Positions 11,538 to 23,155 of a stretch of DNA of 64,000 bases are shown in pieces; the stretch's first letter is position 1; each line of letters begins with the position of its first letter. Position numbers and translations under genes: made by a program. The notes under the pieces are model-generated. The model did not search any database and had not been told where the DNA came from. It worked only from the letters and a program-made list of their open reading frames with translations. Location: assembly GCA_038087875.1 (NCBI GenBank), contig CM075977.1, positions 85,622,001-85,686,000 of the forward strand, written 5' to 3'. This DNA comes from Malacoraja senta (lineage: Eukaryota).

Positions 11538-12769
11538 ATTTTTAATGGAATATAATAGCCTGGCAATGAAAAGCTTTCCATGTTAAATTATTACTCATGT
11601 TGCTCGTTTTTAACCTTGAAGGTTTTAACTTCAAGTGCTTAATTGGTTAAACATTACAACTTAAACTTTACTGCTAACGACCCCTGCATTTAGCAGGGTT
11701 CCTCTCAATGTGATCCACTGTTACATTAAAAAAAAAATTGCCATGCACAGTAACATTTCAGAAAGAACGGAAGATAACCAAAATATTTATTGGGGATGCT
11801 TAAATAGTAACGTCAGAACTGAAATACACTTTGCACTTATTAGAACTCAAAGCCCCCAGCTAATCACCTGAAAAAATACTTTAATAAGTTAAAATAAGCC
11901 GACAACACTCGGCAAGTCGGTCAGCGTCTGTGGAGAGGGTAAATGTTTTGGTTTCTGAAGGAAGTTTCTGACAAGCCCGCTGCTTATTTCATAAACGCAG
12001 AATGCCTCCAGCCTTTTCCATTACCATTCCGATTTGCATCATTTGCATTTTTTTCTCATGTTCGTTCATGTTTTGTTTTCTCTCCCTTCAGTTCTTAATG
12101 ACCATAACCTTTTTTTTTAACGCCGAAAGTTGTTTTGAACAATGCGAGACACAGGAAAGTGCAGGTGCAGATGCTGGAACCTTGACCGAAACACAAAACC
12201 CCACTTCAGATGCTGCCTGACTCGCTGAGTTCCTCCAGTACTTTGTGCTTTATAGAATGCGATGGGGTTAACACTTTGTTGCATCGGAAAAAAACCCAGA
12301 TGCTGAAACCTTTTACGCCTGATAATACCAAAGAGGGAGATAATTGAAAGTCACCAGTTCCCAGAAAGAGGTATTGCCAGCTGGATGGGCAAATTAGAGT
12401 TCAGGGTGAAGGGTGATATTGGAACTTGTAAGTTTAAACAGGGAAAGCAGCAAACCTAATTGGTATTGTTGTAAATAAAGAAGGCCAGCAGACTCTCATA
12501 TAGAGCACTTGCGGGTGAAACTTAAAAACGGGTGGGCAGATGATAGCTTCATAGTAAAAAAAAAGCAGGGGAGTGCTGTGAAATTCGCACATGGGCGGTA
12601 TCAAAATGCAGTGACTGTTTCTGTCGAGTTTCACATCTCTGAAGGGATAAACTAGGAATATAAAACCTGGACATACATAGGTTCATTAAGTTATTGCTGC
12701 AATTCGGAATGCCACTTATAGAGACTGTAGCCAGGTTTGGAACAGGGGAATCTAAGAACAGCAGATTTC

Positions 12770-13860
12770 TTTTTTTTTAATTTTAATTTTTTTAATTTTA
12801 TTTATTAGAAGCATATGTACAAGAGTAGAACAAACGGCATATAAAATTATACAGTTAATGTACAGCTTCAATTTTAACTTTTAAGTTTTAAAATAAAGGA
12901 AAAGAAAAGAGAAAGAACAAGAGAGAGAAAAAGGTGCAAAGATAGGACCCCTAGACTACCAAAGTGGTGTAGCCAAAGAGTGGGTAAGAGAAAGAAAGAA
13001 AGGAAAAAAAAAAAAAAAGAACAAAAAGAACAAAGAGAGAAAAGTGGTGAAATACCTGCCTCTTGTCCCTCCCCACCCACCTCACCCAACCCATAGTTGG
13101 ATTTAAATCCAAAGTTGTGTTGCGCCATACTATCCTTGTAAGAATTCGGTGAAGGGTGTCCATGTCTTGGAAAAATGATCTGGTTTTTCTGCCAAGACAA
13201 GTCTAATATTTTCAAGATGTAGTGTCTCGGACATGTTTGTAATCCACATCTTAACAGTAGGGACTGATGTGTGTTTCCAAAATTTAAGTATTCATTTTTT
13301 CGCCGTTATCAGGCCATAATTAAGGAAACATCTTTGAAATAGTGTCAGCTTAGAACATGCTTCTGAGGTACCTAGAGTGATCATTTCAGTGTCGGGGTCC
13401 AATTTTATTTTAAGTGTTTTGGAAAAAATTTCAAAAATTCCTCTCCAGAAATTATGTAACTTTATACAGGAGGCAAAAGAATGAGTTATGGTTGCTTCCT
13501 GAAGGAGACCTTTATCACAAATAGGGGAAACATTTGGGAAGATCTTATTCAGTTTAGACTTTGAATAATAGAGTCTGTGCAGTATTTTAAATTGTATTAG
13601 CGAATGCCTAACGTTAAGAGAACAATTATGTATATATAGAAGGCTTTCCTCCGATCTGTCTTTTAAAATTGTTAGGCCGAGTTTATCTTCCCAAACTCTT
13701 CTAATTATTTCTGACGATGGGGTTTGTATATTTAAAAGGGTATTATAAAGGTATGATATTAACTTATTTGAATCCGAGTTTCTATTCATACATTCGTCTA
13801 GTGTGTCTGGAACCATATATTGATAATCTTGAGTATATGATTTCAGATAGTCTCGTATTT
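12770..13860 (-). mobile_element. L1 host copy, 3' part (ORF2 C-terminus, 3' UTR, poly-A)
   Basis: ORF 13292-13816 has the L1 motifs IQFKILHRLY and C..C...EATITHSFASC. T-rich tail at ~12770. Continues at 20229 after the nested insertion. Confidence 0.9.
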
Positions 13861-14211
13861 TTTTATTTTTTTTTGAAAATATTTTTTATTGGAGAATAGT
13901 ACACAACCTATTAACATCATTACAGTCTTAACTTTTTGAATTGATAATATTGTCAATTATTATTACATTGTCTCCAATACCTTTTGCCTTTTTTTTTATT
14001 TTTTTTAACTAGATAGAACTAAAAAGATAGATGAAGTAAAGAAAGAAAAGAGAGAGAAGAAAAGAGATAAAAAGAGGAAAAAAAAAAAAAAAACAGAAAA
14101 GAGAAAGATAGTTAAAGAAGAATGGAAAAATGTATTAAAATAAAAAACTTAATTCGAGATATATTCGTACATTTCAGAGTATAGCATTTCATCCATTCTT
14201 TAGCCCGAGTG

Positions 14212-17200
14212 TTAGTCAGGTTCCTGTGCTGAACCATTCTGACCCTTTAAATAATCAATAAAGGGAGACCATGTTCCAACGAATAATTCCTGTTTGTCCA
14301 ACAGGGAAAATCTGATTCTTTCCACGTTTAAGGTCTCCGTCATTTCTATAATCCACAGTTTGATTGTGGGGGTTATAGGGCCTTTCCAAAATTTTAGAAT
14401 TCATTTTTTTCCTGTTATTATACTATAATCAATAAAGTTTCTTTGTGTTGTTGTAAATGTTTGATTTAATTCTAATGTTCCGAGTATTATTAATTTTGGA
14501 TCCGGGTCCAATTGTGTGCTGGTCACTTTAGATATTATACTAAAAATATTTACCCAGAATTTTTATTAATTTTTATACAGTTTGCAAACATATGAGATAA
14601 GGTAGCTTCTAAATGTTGACATTTATCACATATAGGTGAGATATGTTGAAAGATTTTATGTAATTTTGTTTTTGAATAATGTAACCTATGTATTACTTTA
14701 AATTGTATTAAAGAATGTCTGGCATTTAATGAACATTGATGTATGTGTTGTAAACTTTCTTCCCAAGTATCTTTCGTTATTATTTGATTTAATTCTTTTT
14801 CCCATGTTTGTCTGTGTAAGTCCGTCGATGGAATGTCACTGTCTAATAAAATATTATATATATAAGATATTAATTTTTCTGTATTAGGATGTTTATTCCA
14901 ACATTCGTCAAGAATTTCTGAATTTCTAATTCGAAAATTTTGAGTATTCGATTTTACATAATCTCTGAGTTGAAGATCTGAAATAATCATTTCCTCGGAG
15001 TCCATAAGTCTGTTGCAACTCCTGAAATGTCAGAAAAGTGCCTTCCTTGTAAAGTTGTCCCATATTTTTAGTTCCATAATTCTTCCATTGTGTAAAACCC
15101 TGTCCAACCATGAGGGCTTAAACAATTGGAAGAAAAAGTGATAAATTATCTAATTTTAATGTCTTTTTTAATTGTTTCCAAATTCGTATAGCACTAAAAA
15201 TTATAGGGTTTTCCCTATAAATTTTTTTGTTTAATTTAGACGTAGCAAATAATATCGAGCCGATATCAAAAGGTAAACAATCTTCCTTTTCCATTTTTAA
15301 CCAATCTGGTTGTTGATCTATTTCTTCCAACCAGAAATTCATATTTTTAATATTAACTGCCCAAAAATAAAACAGAAAGTTGGGTAAAACCAAGCCTCCA
15401 TTTATTTTTGGTTTACACAAATGTCTTTTGTTTATCCTATGATTCTTATAATCCCAGAAAAAATCATTAACAATGGAATCCAATTTAAAAAAAAAGTTTT
15501 TTGACAAATATATCGGAATTGTCTGAAAAGGGTATAATATTTGCGGTAAAAAAATCATTTTTATGGCATTAATTTTGCCAACCATTGAGATAGGAAGTGT
15601 TTTCCAATATTGAATATTCTTATGTAGTTTGTTCAGTAATGGGGGAAAATTTGCTTTAAATAATGATGTATATATCTTAGTTCCGTAAATACCTAGGTAT
15701 TTAAATTTTTCATTTACTATTTTAAATGGAAATTGTTGTATTATCTGTTTGTTGTGTTCCCTTATTGGCATAATTTCACTTTTATTCCAATTTATTCTGT
15801 ATCCTGAGAGTGAACCAAATTGGGTTATTAGCTTTAATAAGTTTGGAATACTAATTTCTGGTTTTGTAATGTAAATTAGTACATCATTTGCATATAGAGA
15901 AATTTTATTCACTGTGTCCTTTGTGTTATACCCATGTATTTCCGGATGACCCCTAACTCTTTCTGCGAGTGGCTCAATAGCAAGCGCAAATAATAATGGT
16001 GATAACGGGCATCCTTGTCTACAACCTCTAGATAGACTGAATTTTGATGACAACCTTTGGTTTGTTAATATTCTAGCCGTAGGGTTTGTATATAACAGTT
16101 TTATCCATGTGCAGAATTTCTCCCCTAGCTGCATATTTTCCACCACCGAAAATAAATAAGACCATTCAACCTGATCAAATGCTTTTTCAGCGTCAAGTGA
16201 GATTATTGCTAGATCTTCATTAATAATTCTCTTAGAATAAATAATATTAAATAATCTTCTTAGATTATAATATGAGTACCGTTTCTGAATAAAGCCTGTT
16301 TGGTCAGGGTGTATTAATTTATTCATCACTGTACTTAATCTATGCGCTAGTATTTTAGTTCATATTTTCTGATCTGTATTTAAAAGTGCAATTGCTCTAT
16401 ATGATCCCGGATCTTTCGGATCTTTATCAACTTTAGGAATAAGTGTTATTATAGATTCATTTAAAGTATCTGGAAGTTTCTGTTGAGTATAGATATGCTC
16501 ATATAGCCTTTGTAAACGTGGGCAGAGCAAGTCATAATTTTTTTTATAGAATTCAGAGCCTAAAGCATCTGGTCCTACTGCTTTACCATATTTTAAAGAG
16601 CCAATAGACTCCTCAATATCCTTTATCGTAATCTCCCTTTCTAATAATTCTCTATCGTTTGAATCTAAACCTTTTAAATTACATTTTAGTAAAAAATCTG
16701 CTATTCCTTCTGGTTGTACTACCGTTTTAGTTGAATAAAGATTATGATAGTATTGGAGAAATCTTGGGCATTTTTAATAATTCTCCTGTCTCTGTTCTAA
16801 TTTTATGAATTATTTTTTCCCCTTCCATTTTTCGTAACTGACGTGCTAATAGTTTTTGTGGTTTGTCTCCAAACTCAAAATGTAATTGTTTGTTTTTTTG
16901 ATAAAGTTTTATTACTTGTTCTGAATACATTTTTTTAAATTTATATTTCAATACAGCAATTTTATTATGTTTTAAAATAGATGGCATTCTCGCATTTTCT
17001 ATATCTAGTTGCTTGATTTCACTTTCCAATGTTTGTTGTTTAATCCTGTTCTCTTTATTATAAAATACTTGAGCAGAAATTAATGCACCTCGAACAAACG
17101 CTTTAAACGTTTCCCACATAAGAGAAGTAGGTGTGTCAGGGTTGTCATTTACCTCAAAAAATATTTGAATCTGTTTAGTAAGATATTCCTGGCATGATCT

Positions 17201-18003
17201 TTCGTTCAAAATTTGTGGGTTAAATCTCCAATATGTTTGTTTCTCGGACATTCCATTTAATTTAATTTAATCATGAATGTTACAGGTGCGTGATCTGAGA
17301 TTATAATATTATGGTATTTTGAGTTATAAGTAAATGGGATAAACGTGGAGTCAACTAAAAAATAATCTATTCTTGAGTATGTTTTATGTACTGGTGAGTA
17401 AAATGAATATTCCCGTCCAGTTGGATTTTCAATTCTCCAGACATCCTTAGTATTAGTGGTATTAATAAATGAATTTAAAAATACACTTGATTGAGATTTT
17501 ACTTTTTTTTGCCTTGATGATCTATCTAAGTATGAATCTAATGTACAATTGAAGTCTCCTCCAATTATTAATTTATATTGTGTAAATTCAGGAATTTTAT
17601 TAAATGTTTTATTAAAAAACATAGGGTTATCAAAATTAGGCCCATATGCATTATGAAGAATCACTTTTTCTCCATTTAACTCTCCAACTAATATAATATA
17701 TCTACCATCAATATCCGCTATTGTTGATGAATTCGTAAAAGGTATTCCTTTACGAATTAATATTGCAACTCCTCTGGACTTATGGGAAAAAGAGGAATGA
17801 TATGATTCAGCGCTCCACTTAGCTTTAAGTCTATGTTGAGATTCCTTTTTAAGGTGTGTTTCTTGAAGGAATATTATATCTGTTTTGATTGAATTTAGAT
17901 GTGCCAAAACTTTACCTCTCTTAATTGGTTCATTGATTCCCTTGACATTCCAACTACAAAATGTTATTCCCTGACCCCCTCTTGTCATATTAACATCTTG
18001 CAT
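14212..18003 (-). pseudogene. L1 ORF2p (endonuclease, RT, C-terminal Cys motif), frameshifted
   Basis: Endonuclease motifs SWNVKG, LQETH, GGDFN, SRIDYF, SDHAP. RT motifs LDAEKAFD and RQGCPLSPLLF, but YAND in place of YADD. Split over at least five ORF-track pieces. Confidence 0.9.
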
Positions 18004-18358
18004 ATTGTTTCTAAGGTGGTCTATAACCGAGCAGAAGGTGCAACACATAAAACCTGACCCTGCTACCGAACCTCGAATAGATGAATTTAAAATCATATAC
18101 ATCGCTCTTCCGAACACATCTCCTTGAATTAGTCTTGTTGTTCCATTCAAACATTAAGTTATAAAAATATTTAAAGTGAAAAAAGTGATAGAATTGGTTA
18201 GTATAGGGTGAAAGAAAAAAAACTACATCTACAATTAGTGTAGTTAGTGATAGCCACACTAACGTGGCTAGAATTCTAAAGACTTCCGTAGCCTTTGTAA
18301 AAAAAAAAATTCCCAGCTCCGTGCCCGAAAAAAAAAGAGATTATTTCTGATAATCAAA

Positions 18359-18493
18359 NNNNNNNNNNNNNNNNNNNNNNNNNNNNNNNNNNNNNNNNNN
18401 NNNNNNNNNNNNNNNNNNNNNNNNNNNNNNNNNNNNNNNNNNNNNNNNNNNNNNNNNNNNNNNNNNNNNNNNNNNNNNNNNNNNNNNNNNNNN
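18359..18493. other. Assembly gap (135 N) inside the L1 inter-ORF region
   Basis: Run of n characters. Confidence 1.
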
Positions 18494-19016
18494 GCACGTA
18501 TCCCTGCAGAAAAGTCCGAAAACAGCATAAATTCACAACGTTATTATTTTCTACATATCATATTAATATCTTCGCTAAATCTATAAATTTAATTTTAAAT
18601 TGAAAAATAAAGAGAAAATCCGTCAAACCTTATTATGACGTAGGCTGAATTACCTCTTGCATATCTTCCTATAGAATATAAGTATGTAACTCATTTCTAC
18701 GTTAACCAGAGACTGTTAGTTATTAATCATTGTTATCAATCATACCCAGTATTAAATTTTTATGAGTAATATAAATGTTAATAATTTTAGTAGTAATATA
18801 GATATTTAATAAGTATTAGTAGTTACATATATAGTTAGATATGAATATACTAAATAGTAATAGTGATTAATAACAAAAAATACCCACGGTTTTCTCCAAT
18901 GTCCACAGTCCATTTCAGTTTTCGAATGTCCTTAAAGCTCTTAAAAGAACTTTAAAGGTCCTTTTAGATCTGGCGGTCCCGTTAATCCTTGACTCCTGAG
19001 GAGTAATGTAAATTCT

Positions 19017-20012
19017 TCAGTCTGTGGTCACGTTCCCGATTTCTTTGGCATATTCCAGTGCTTTTTCGTGGTCTGTAAAAAATTGCTCCTTGTTCTTGTA
19101 GGTGACTCTTAGTCTTGCGGGGTAAAGCAAGCCGTATCTCACATCAGGTACATTCTTCAGTATTCTTTTTGTCTCAGTGAACAGCGCTCTTTTCTTGAAG
19201 ACCTCTGCCGGATAATCTCGGTAAATACTGAACCTCACACCTTCAAAATAGAGCTGTCCGCTTCGGACGATTTTCTTCATTATCTCGTCAAATTCATGAT
19301 CAAGTTGCACCTTTACTATAATTTGTCTTGGATGGGCATCATCTTGTGTACGACGCCGCTGCGCTCTATGTGCTCGACCGAGTGAAGGTTTTTGATCCAA
19401 TTTTAAGGCTTTTTGTAGTAGGTCTGCCACAAAATCCCGAGGGCCCATTTCCCTCTCACTTCCTTCTTTCACCCCTACAATTCTTAGATTCTTACGTCTT
19501 TGACGCCCCTCCAAATCGGTACACTTATCACTTAATTTGATCACCATACCGGAGAGGCGTTGGTTTTCAATAAGGAGTCGATTTACAGTTTCCTCACTTG
19601 TCGCCGCCCATTTCTCAAGTTCGGTTATCGCTGTTCTATGTTGATCAAGTGCTTGATGAATGGGGACCACCTCCATATTAACGTTCGATTCCACCGAAAC
19701 GAACCTGGCTTCCAGCACTTCCATCTGTTCCTTGGCCTCATCGTCCCTCGACCTCTTCCAGACTTCCAGTATTTCTTGAATGGTAGAAAGCATTTCTGCT
19801 TTAAAATCTACCTTAAAAGAGTTAAGTTCCTCTTTAAAATTCAATTTTCCTTCAAAGGTTTTCAACTGTAGATGAATCTGTTTAATTTCAGCAGCGAGAA
19901 AAGTTTTAAGATCTTCAATTTCAGACTTTTTCTGCTTTGATTTCTTCGTTGGGTCTTCCTGGGCTGTCATTGTAACTGAGGCCGAGGCCTCAGTTAGGCC
20001 TACCTCTTCCAT
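19017..20012 (-). CDS. L1 ORF1p (coiled coil, RRM and CTD)
   Basis: 331 aa with DLEGRQRRKNLRIVGVKEG, RAHR...PRQIIVK, IYRDYP and YGLLYPARLRVT motifs. Confidence 0.88.
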   Translation of the reverse strand: MEEVGLTEASASVTMTAQEDPTKKSKQKKSEIEDLKTFLAAEIKQIHLQLKTFEGKLNFKEELNSFKVDFKAEMLSTIQEILEVWKRSRDDEAKEQMEVLEARFVSVESNVNMEVVPIHQALDQHRTAITELEKWAATSEETVNRLLIENQRLSGMVIKLSDKCTDLEGRQRRKNLRIVGVKEGSEREMGPRDFVADLLQKALKLDQKPSLGRAHRAQRRRTQDDAHPRQIIVKVQLDHEFDEIMKKIVRSGQLYFEGVRFSIYRDYPAEVFKKRALFTETKRILKNVPDVRYGLLYPARLRVTYKNKEQFFTDHEKALEYAKEIGNVTTD

Positions 20013-20228
20013 CGGTGGTTTCCCTTTAACGGGTTTTTTTGTCCCACGGGGGGGGGGGTATGTTGTATCGACATACCGTCAAAGTCACGCGCCTGATGAC
20101 GTCACGCGGCAGGCAGCCGTTCAGATCGCGATCGCTGCAGGTAAGACCCGATTTTCTCCCGTTTTCAGATTCTTCGGCACGGAGCTAGTTGGCACTGGAC
20201 TCAAGCCTCCATAGCGCCACCGGAAGTC

Positions 20229-22248
20229 CAGATAGTCTCGTATTTGAAGATATCTAAAGTATTGGCTACCTTTCAGATGATATTTCGACTGTAATTCTTG
20301 AAATGAGAGAAGAGTTCCCATCTCGTAAAGATCTCCCAGTTTTTTAATTCCTAATCTTTCCCAGTGTGTGACCGTCTTGTCCAAGATAGACGGCTTGAAC
20401 GAGGGGTGGTTGGCAATTGGTGAGAGAAGAGATAAATTTCTCAGTTTAAGGGTTGACTTCACTTGTTTCCAGATTCGTAGGGTACTATGGATAATCGGAT
20501 TTTTCTCATATAGTGTTTTCTTCAAATTTATTGGAGAGAGAAGAATCGCGCCTATATTAAAAGGCGAACAATCTTCTCTCTCCATTATTAGCCATTTTAC
20601 CTGTGGCATGTGTTGTCCATCCAATAGATTACGTTTTTGATATTCGTTGCCCAGTAATAGTACAAAAAATTGGGGAGAGCCAATCCGCCAATTTCTTTGG
20701 GTTTACATAGATGTCGTTTATGGATTCTCTGTGTTTTATAATCCCAAATAAAGTTTGTGATCAGAGAATCGAGTTAAAAAAAAAAATTTTAGGGAGATAA
20801 ATCGGTATTGATTGAAATAAGTACAAGATTTGTGGAAGGAAGATCATCTTTATGGCATTTATTCTGCCTATGAGAGACATCGGAAGCATTTTCCAAAATT
20901 GAATAAGGGCATTTAGTTTGGTGATTAATGGAGGGAGGTTTGCTTGAAATAGAGAAGTGTATTTTCTAGTTACGTGACTCCAAGATATTTAAATTTTTCC
21001 GTAGCAATTCTAAAAGGGAATTTTAGAAGGTGTCGGATCTTGAGGCTTTATTGACATAATTTCACTTTTGTTCCAGTTTATTCTATATCCTGAAAAGGAA
21101 CCGAATTCCTCTATAAGATTTAATATGTTTGGAATGCTAACTTGGGAATTGGTGATATATAGTAGTATGTCATCTGCATATAATGATATTTTATTATTAG
21201 AATATTTAGTATTATAGCTGTGAATATTTGGATGGACTTATACTTTCTGCTAAAGGTTCAATCGCAAGGGCAAATAACAGGGGTGATAATGCACACACCC
21301 TTGTCTATGGCCCCTGGATAGCTGAAATGTAGGTGAGAGTATTTGATTAGTCAGTATTCTGGCAGTCGGCTTGTCATATAGTAACTTTATCCATGAAATA
21401 AAATTTTCTTCTAACTGGAATTTTTGCAATACTGTAAAAAGATAATTCCATTCTACTTGGTCAAATGCTTTTTCTGCATCTAAAGAAATTATTGATGTCT
21501 TCCTTTGTTGTTCTATGTGAGTACATTATATTAAACAGACGTCTCAAATTGTTAAACGAGTGTCTCTTGGGTATAAACCCAGTTTGATCAGAATGTATTA
21601 ATTTATTAACGTATTTACTTAGTCTTCTTGCCAGGGTTTTAGCTAATATTTTCTGATCTGTATTTAACAGGGCAATTGCTCTGTATGATCCCGGCTCTTC
21701 CAGATCTTTATCTTTTTTGGGTATCAGTGTAATAGTTGATTCGGCTAAGGTTTGTGGTAGCATCTGTTCTTTAAATGCGTGTATATAAAGGTTATGTAAA
21801 CGCGGGGAGATTACATCATAATTTTTTTAATAAAATTCATTACTAAACCCATCTGGGCCTGGGGTTTTGCCATTCTTCAATGAATTAATAGTCTCTTCGA
21901 TTTCTTTAATTGTAATCTGTGCTCCTAATTCTTCACGTTTCGCCACGTTAATAACGGAAGATTACAGTTATCAAGGAAGTTTTTAATTTTTATCGTTTCT
22001 GCTGATGTTTTGGATGTATATAAATTTTGATAGAATTAGACAAATCTTTCGTTAATATCTTTTCGAAGTGTGAATAGTTCACCTTTTTCTGATCTAATTT
22101 TTTGAAAAGTATGATCCTTTTTCACTTTTCTCAACTGACGTGCTAGAAGTTTATGCGGTTTGTCGCCGAATTCAAAATGTTCCTGTTTAGTAATTTGAAA
22201 TAGCCTGATAACTCTTGCGGAGAGAATTCGGTTTAGCTTGAATTTTAA
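20229..22248 (-). mobile_element. L1 host copy, 5' part (5'-truncated, RT region, frameshifted)
   Basis: PGPDGF, SYRAIALLNTDQKILAK and YADD-region sequence, colinear with the L1 at 57-63 kb. Joins 13860 across the TSD. Confidence 0.9.
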
Positions 22249-22269
22249 CCAATGCTAACCAATCAGTGG

Positions 22270-22470
22270 AAGGACTGTACGTGATTATAATTGAGACATC
22301 CACAGTGTACAGATACATGATAAAGGGAATGTTTAGTGCATTATAAAACCCAGTAAAATCCAATTAAAGAAAGTCCAAGGGTCTCTAATGAGGTAGATAG
22401 TAGCTCAGAACCACTCTCTAGTTGTTGATAGGATGGTTCAGTAGCCTGATAACAGCTGGGAAGCTGTCCT
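22270..22470 (-). mobile_element. Short degenerate Rex1-like 3' fragment
   Basis: Minus strand resembles the SFFPAVIRLLN end followed by a 3' UTR. Confidence 0.45.
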
Positions 22471-22591
22471 ATACTGACCTAAATAAGACCTGTACTGGTT
22501 TAGATGGAAAGCTGCAGATGGAACATAGACTCGGACACAGTAAATTCAGTACTTTCATCAAAAGATACAAGAGTTATGCTCATGCAGGGAA

Positions 22592-23155
22592 TAGTCAAAT
22601 CAAGAGTGTTTTATTTTCATATGTACCGAATAGAAACAATCAAATTCTTACTTGCAGCAGCACAGCAGGTTTGAAAAACACAGAACTCAATAGATTATAT
22701 AATAAACAACCATAAAATAAGTTTAATAAATAAAAAAATACAATTTGTGCAAACAATAAAACAAAGCCCAAAGTCCCTGGTGCAATCAAAGTGGTTCTTA
22801 TTTCAACACTTTTCTTGGAGTTTGTTGCATTCAATCGGCTAATGGTTGTTGGGAAGAAGCTGTTCCTGAACCTAGATATTGCAGTTTTCCGGCTCCTGCA
22901 CCTTCTTTCTGATGGCTGGAGTGAAATAAGAGCATGGACAGTGTGGTGCCAGTTTTTGATGATGCTGGCTACCTTTTTCAGGCAACGCCTCCTGTAGATC
23001 CTTTCAATGGTGTGGAGGTCAGTACTTGAGCAGTGTTCACCACATTTTATGATCTCCTTCCCTCCTGTGCATTCGAGTTGCTGAACCAGGCCGTGATGCA
23101 ACCTGTAGAAATTCAAGAGAGAATAGACATGATCTGTCTGTGAACATGGTGAAAA
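22592..23155 (-). mobile_element. Rex1/Babar-like LINE, 3' fragment
   Basis: IYRRRCLKKVASIIK..HH..HALISLQPSERRCRS...RFRNSFFPTTISRLN, followed by a 3' UTR with AATAAA. Confidence 0.75.

Larger units (their letters stand above)
13861..20228 (-). mobile_element. Full-length L1 (~6.4 kb including a 135-N gap) nested in another L1
   Basis: Perfect 17-bp TSD CAGATAGTCTCGTATTT at 13844-13860 and 20229-20245. 5' end GACTTCCGGTGGCGC, then ORF1, ORF2 and poly-A. Confidence 0.95.

Noticed and set aside
11410-11581. N-terminal part of the 187-aa ORF
   Set aside because: It reads through an unrelated short repeat. Only the C-terminal part is Rex1-like.
20121-20624. 167-aa ORF as a novel protein
   Set aside because: It is a junction artefact: host L1 ORF2 reading into the 5' UTR of the nested L1.
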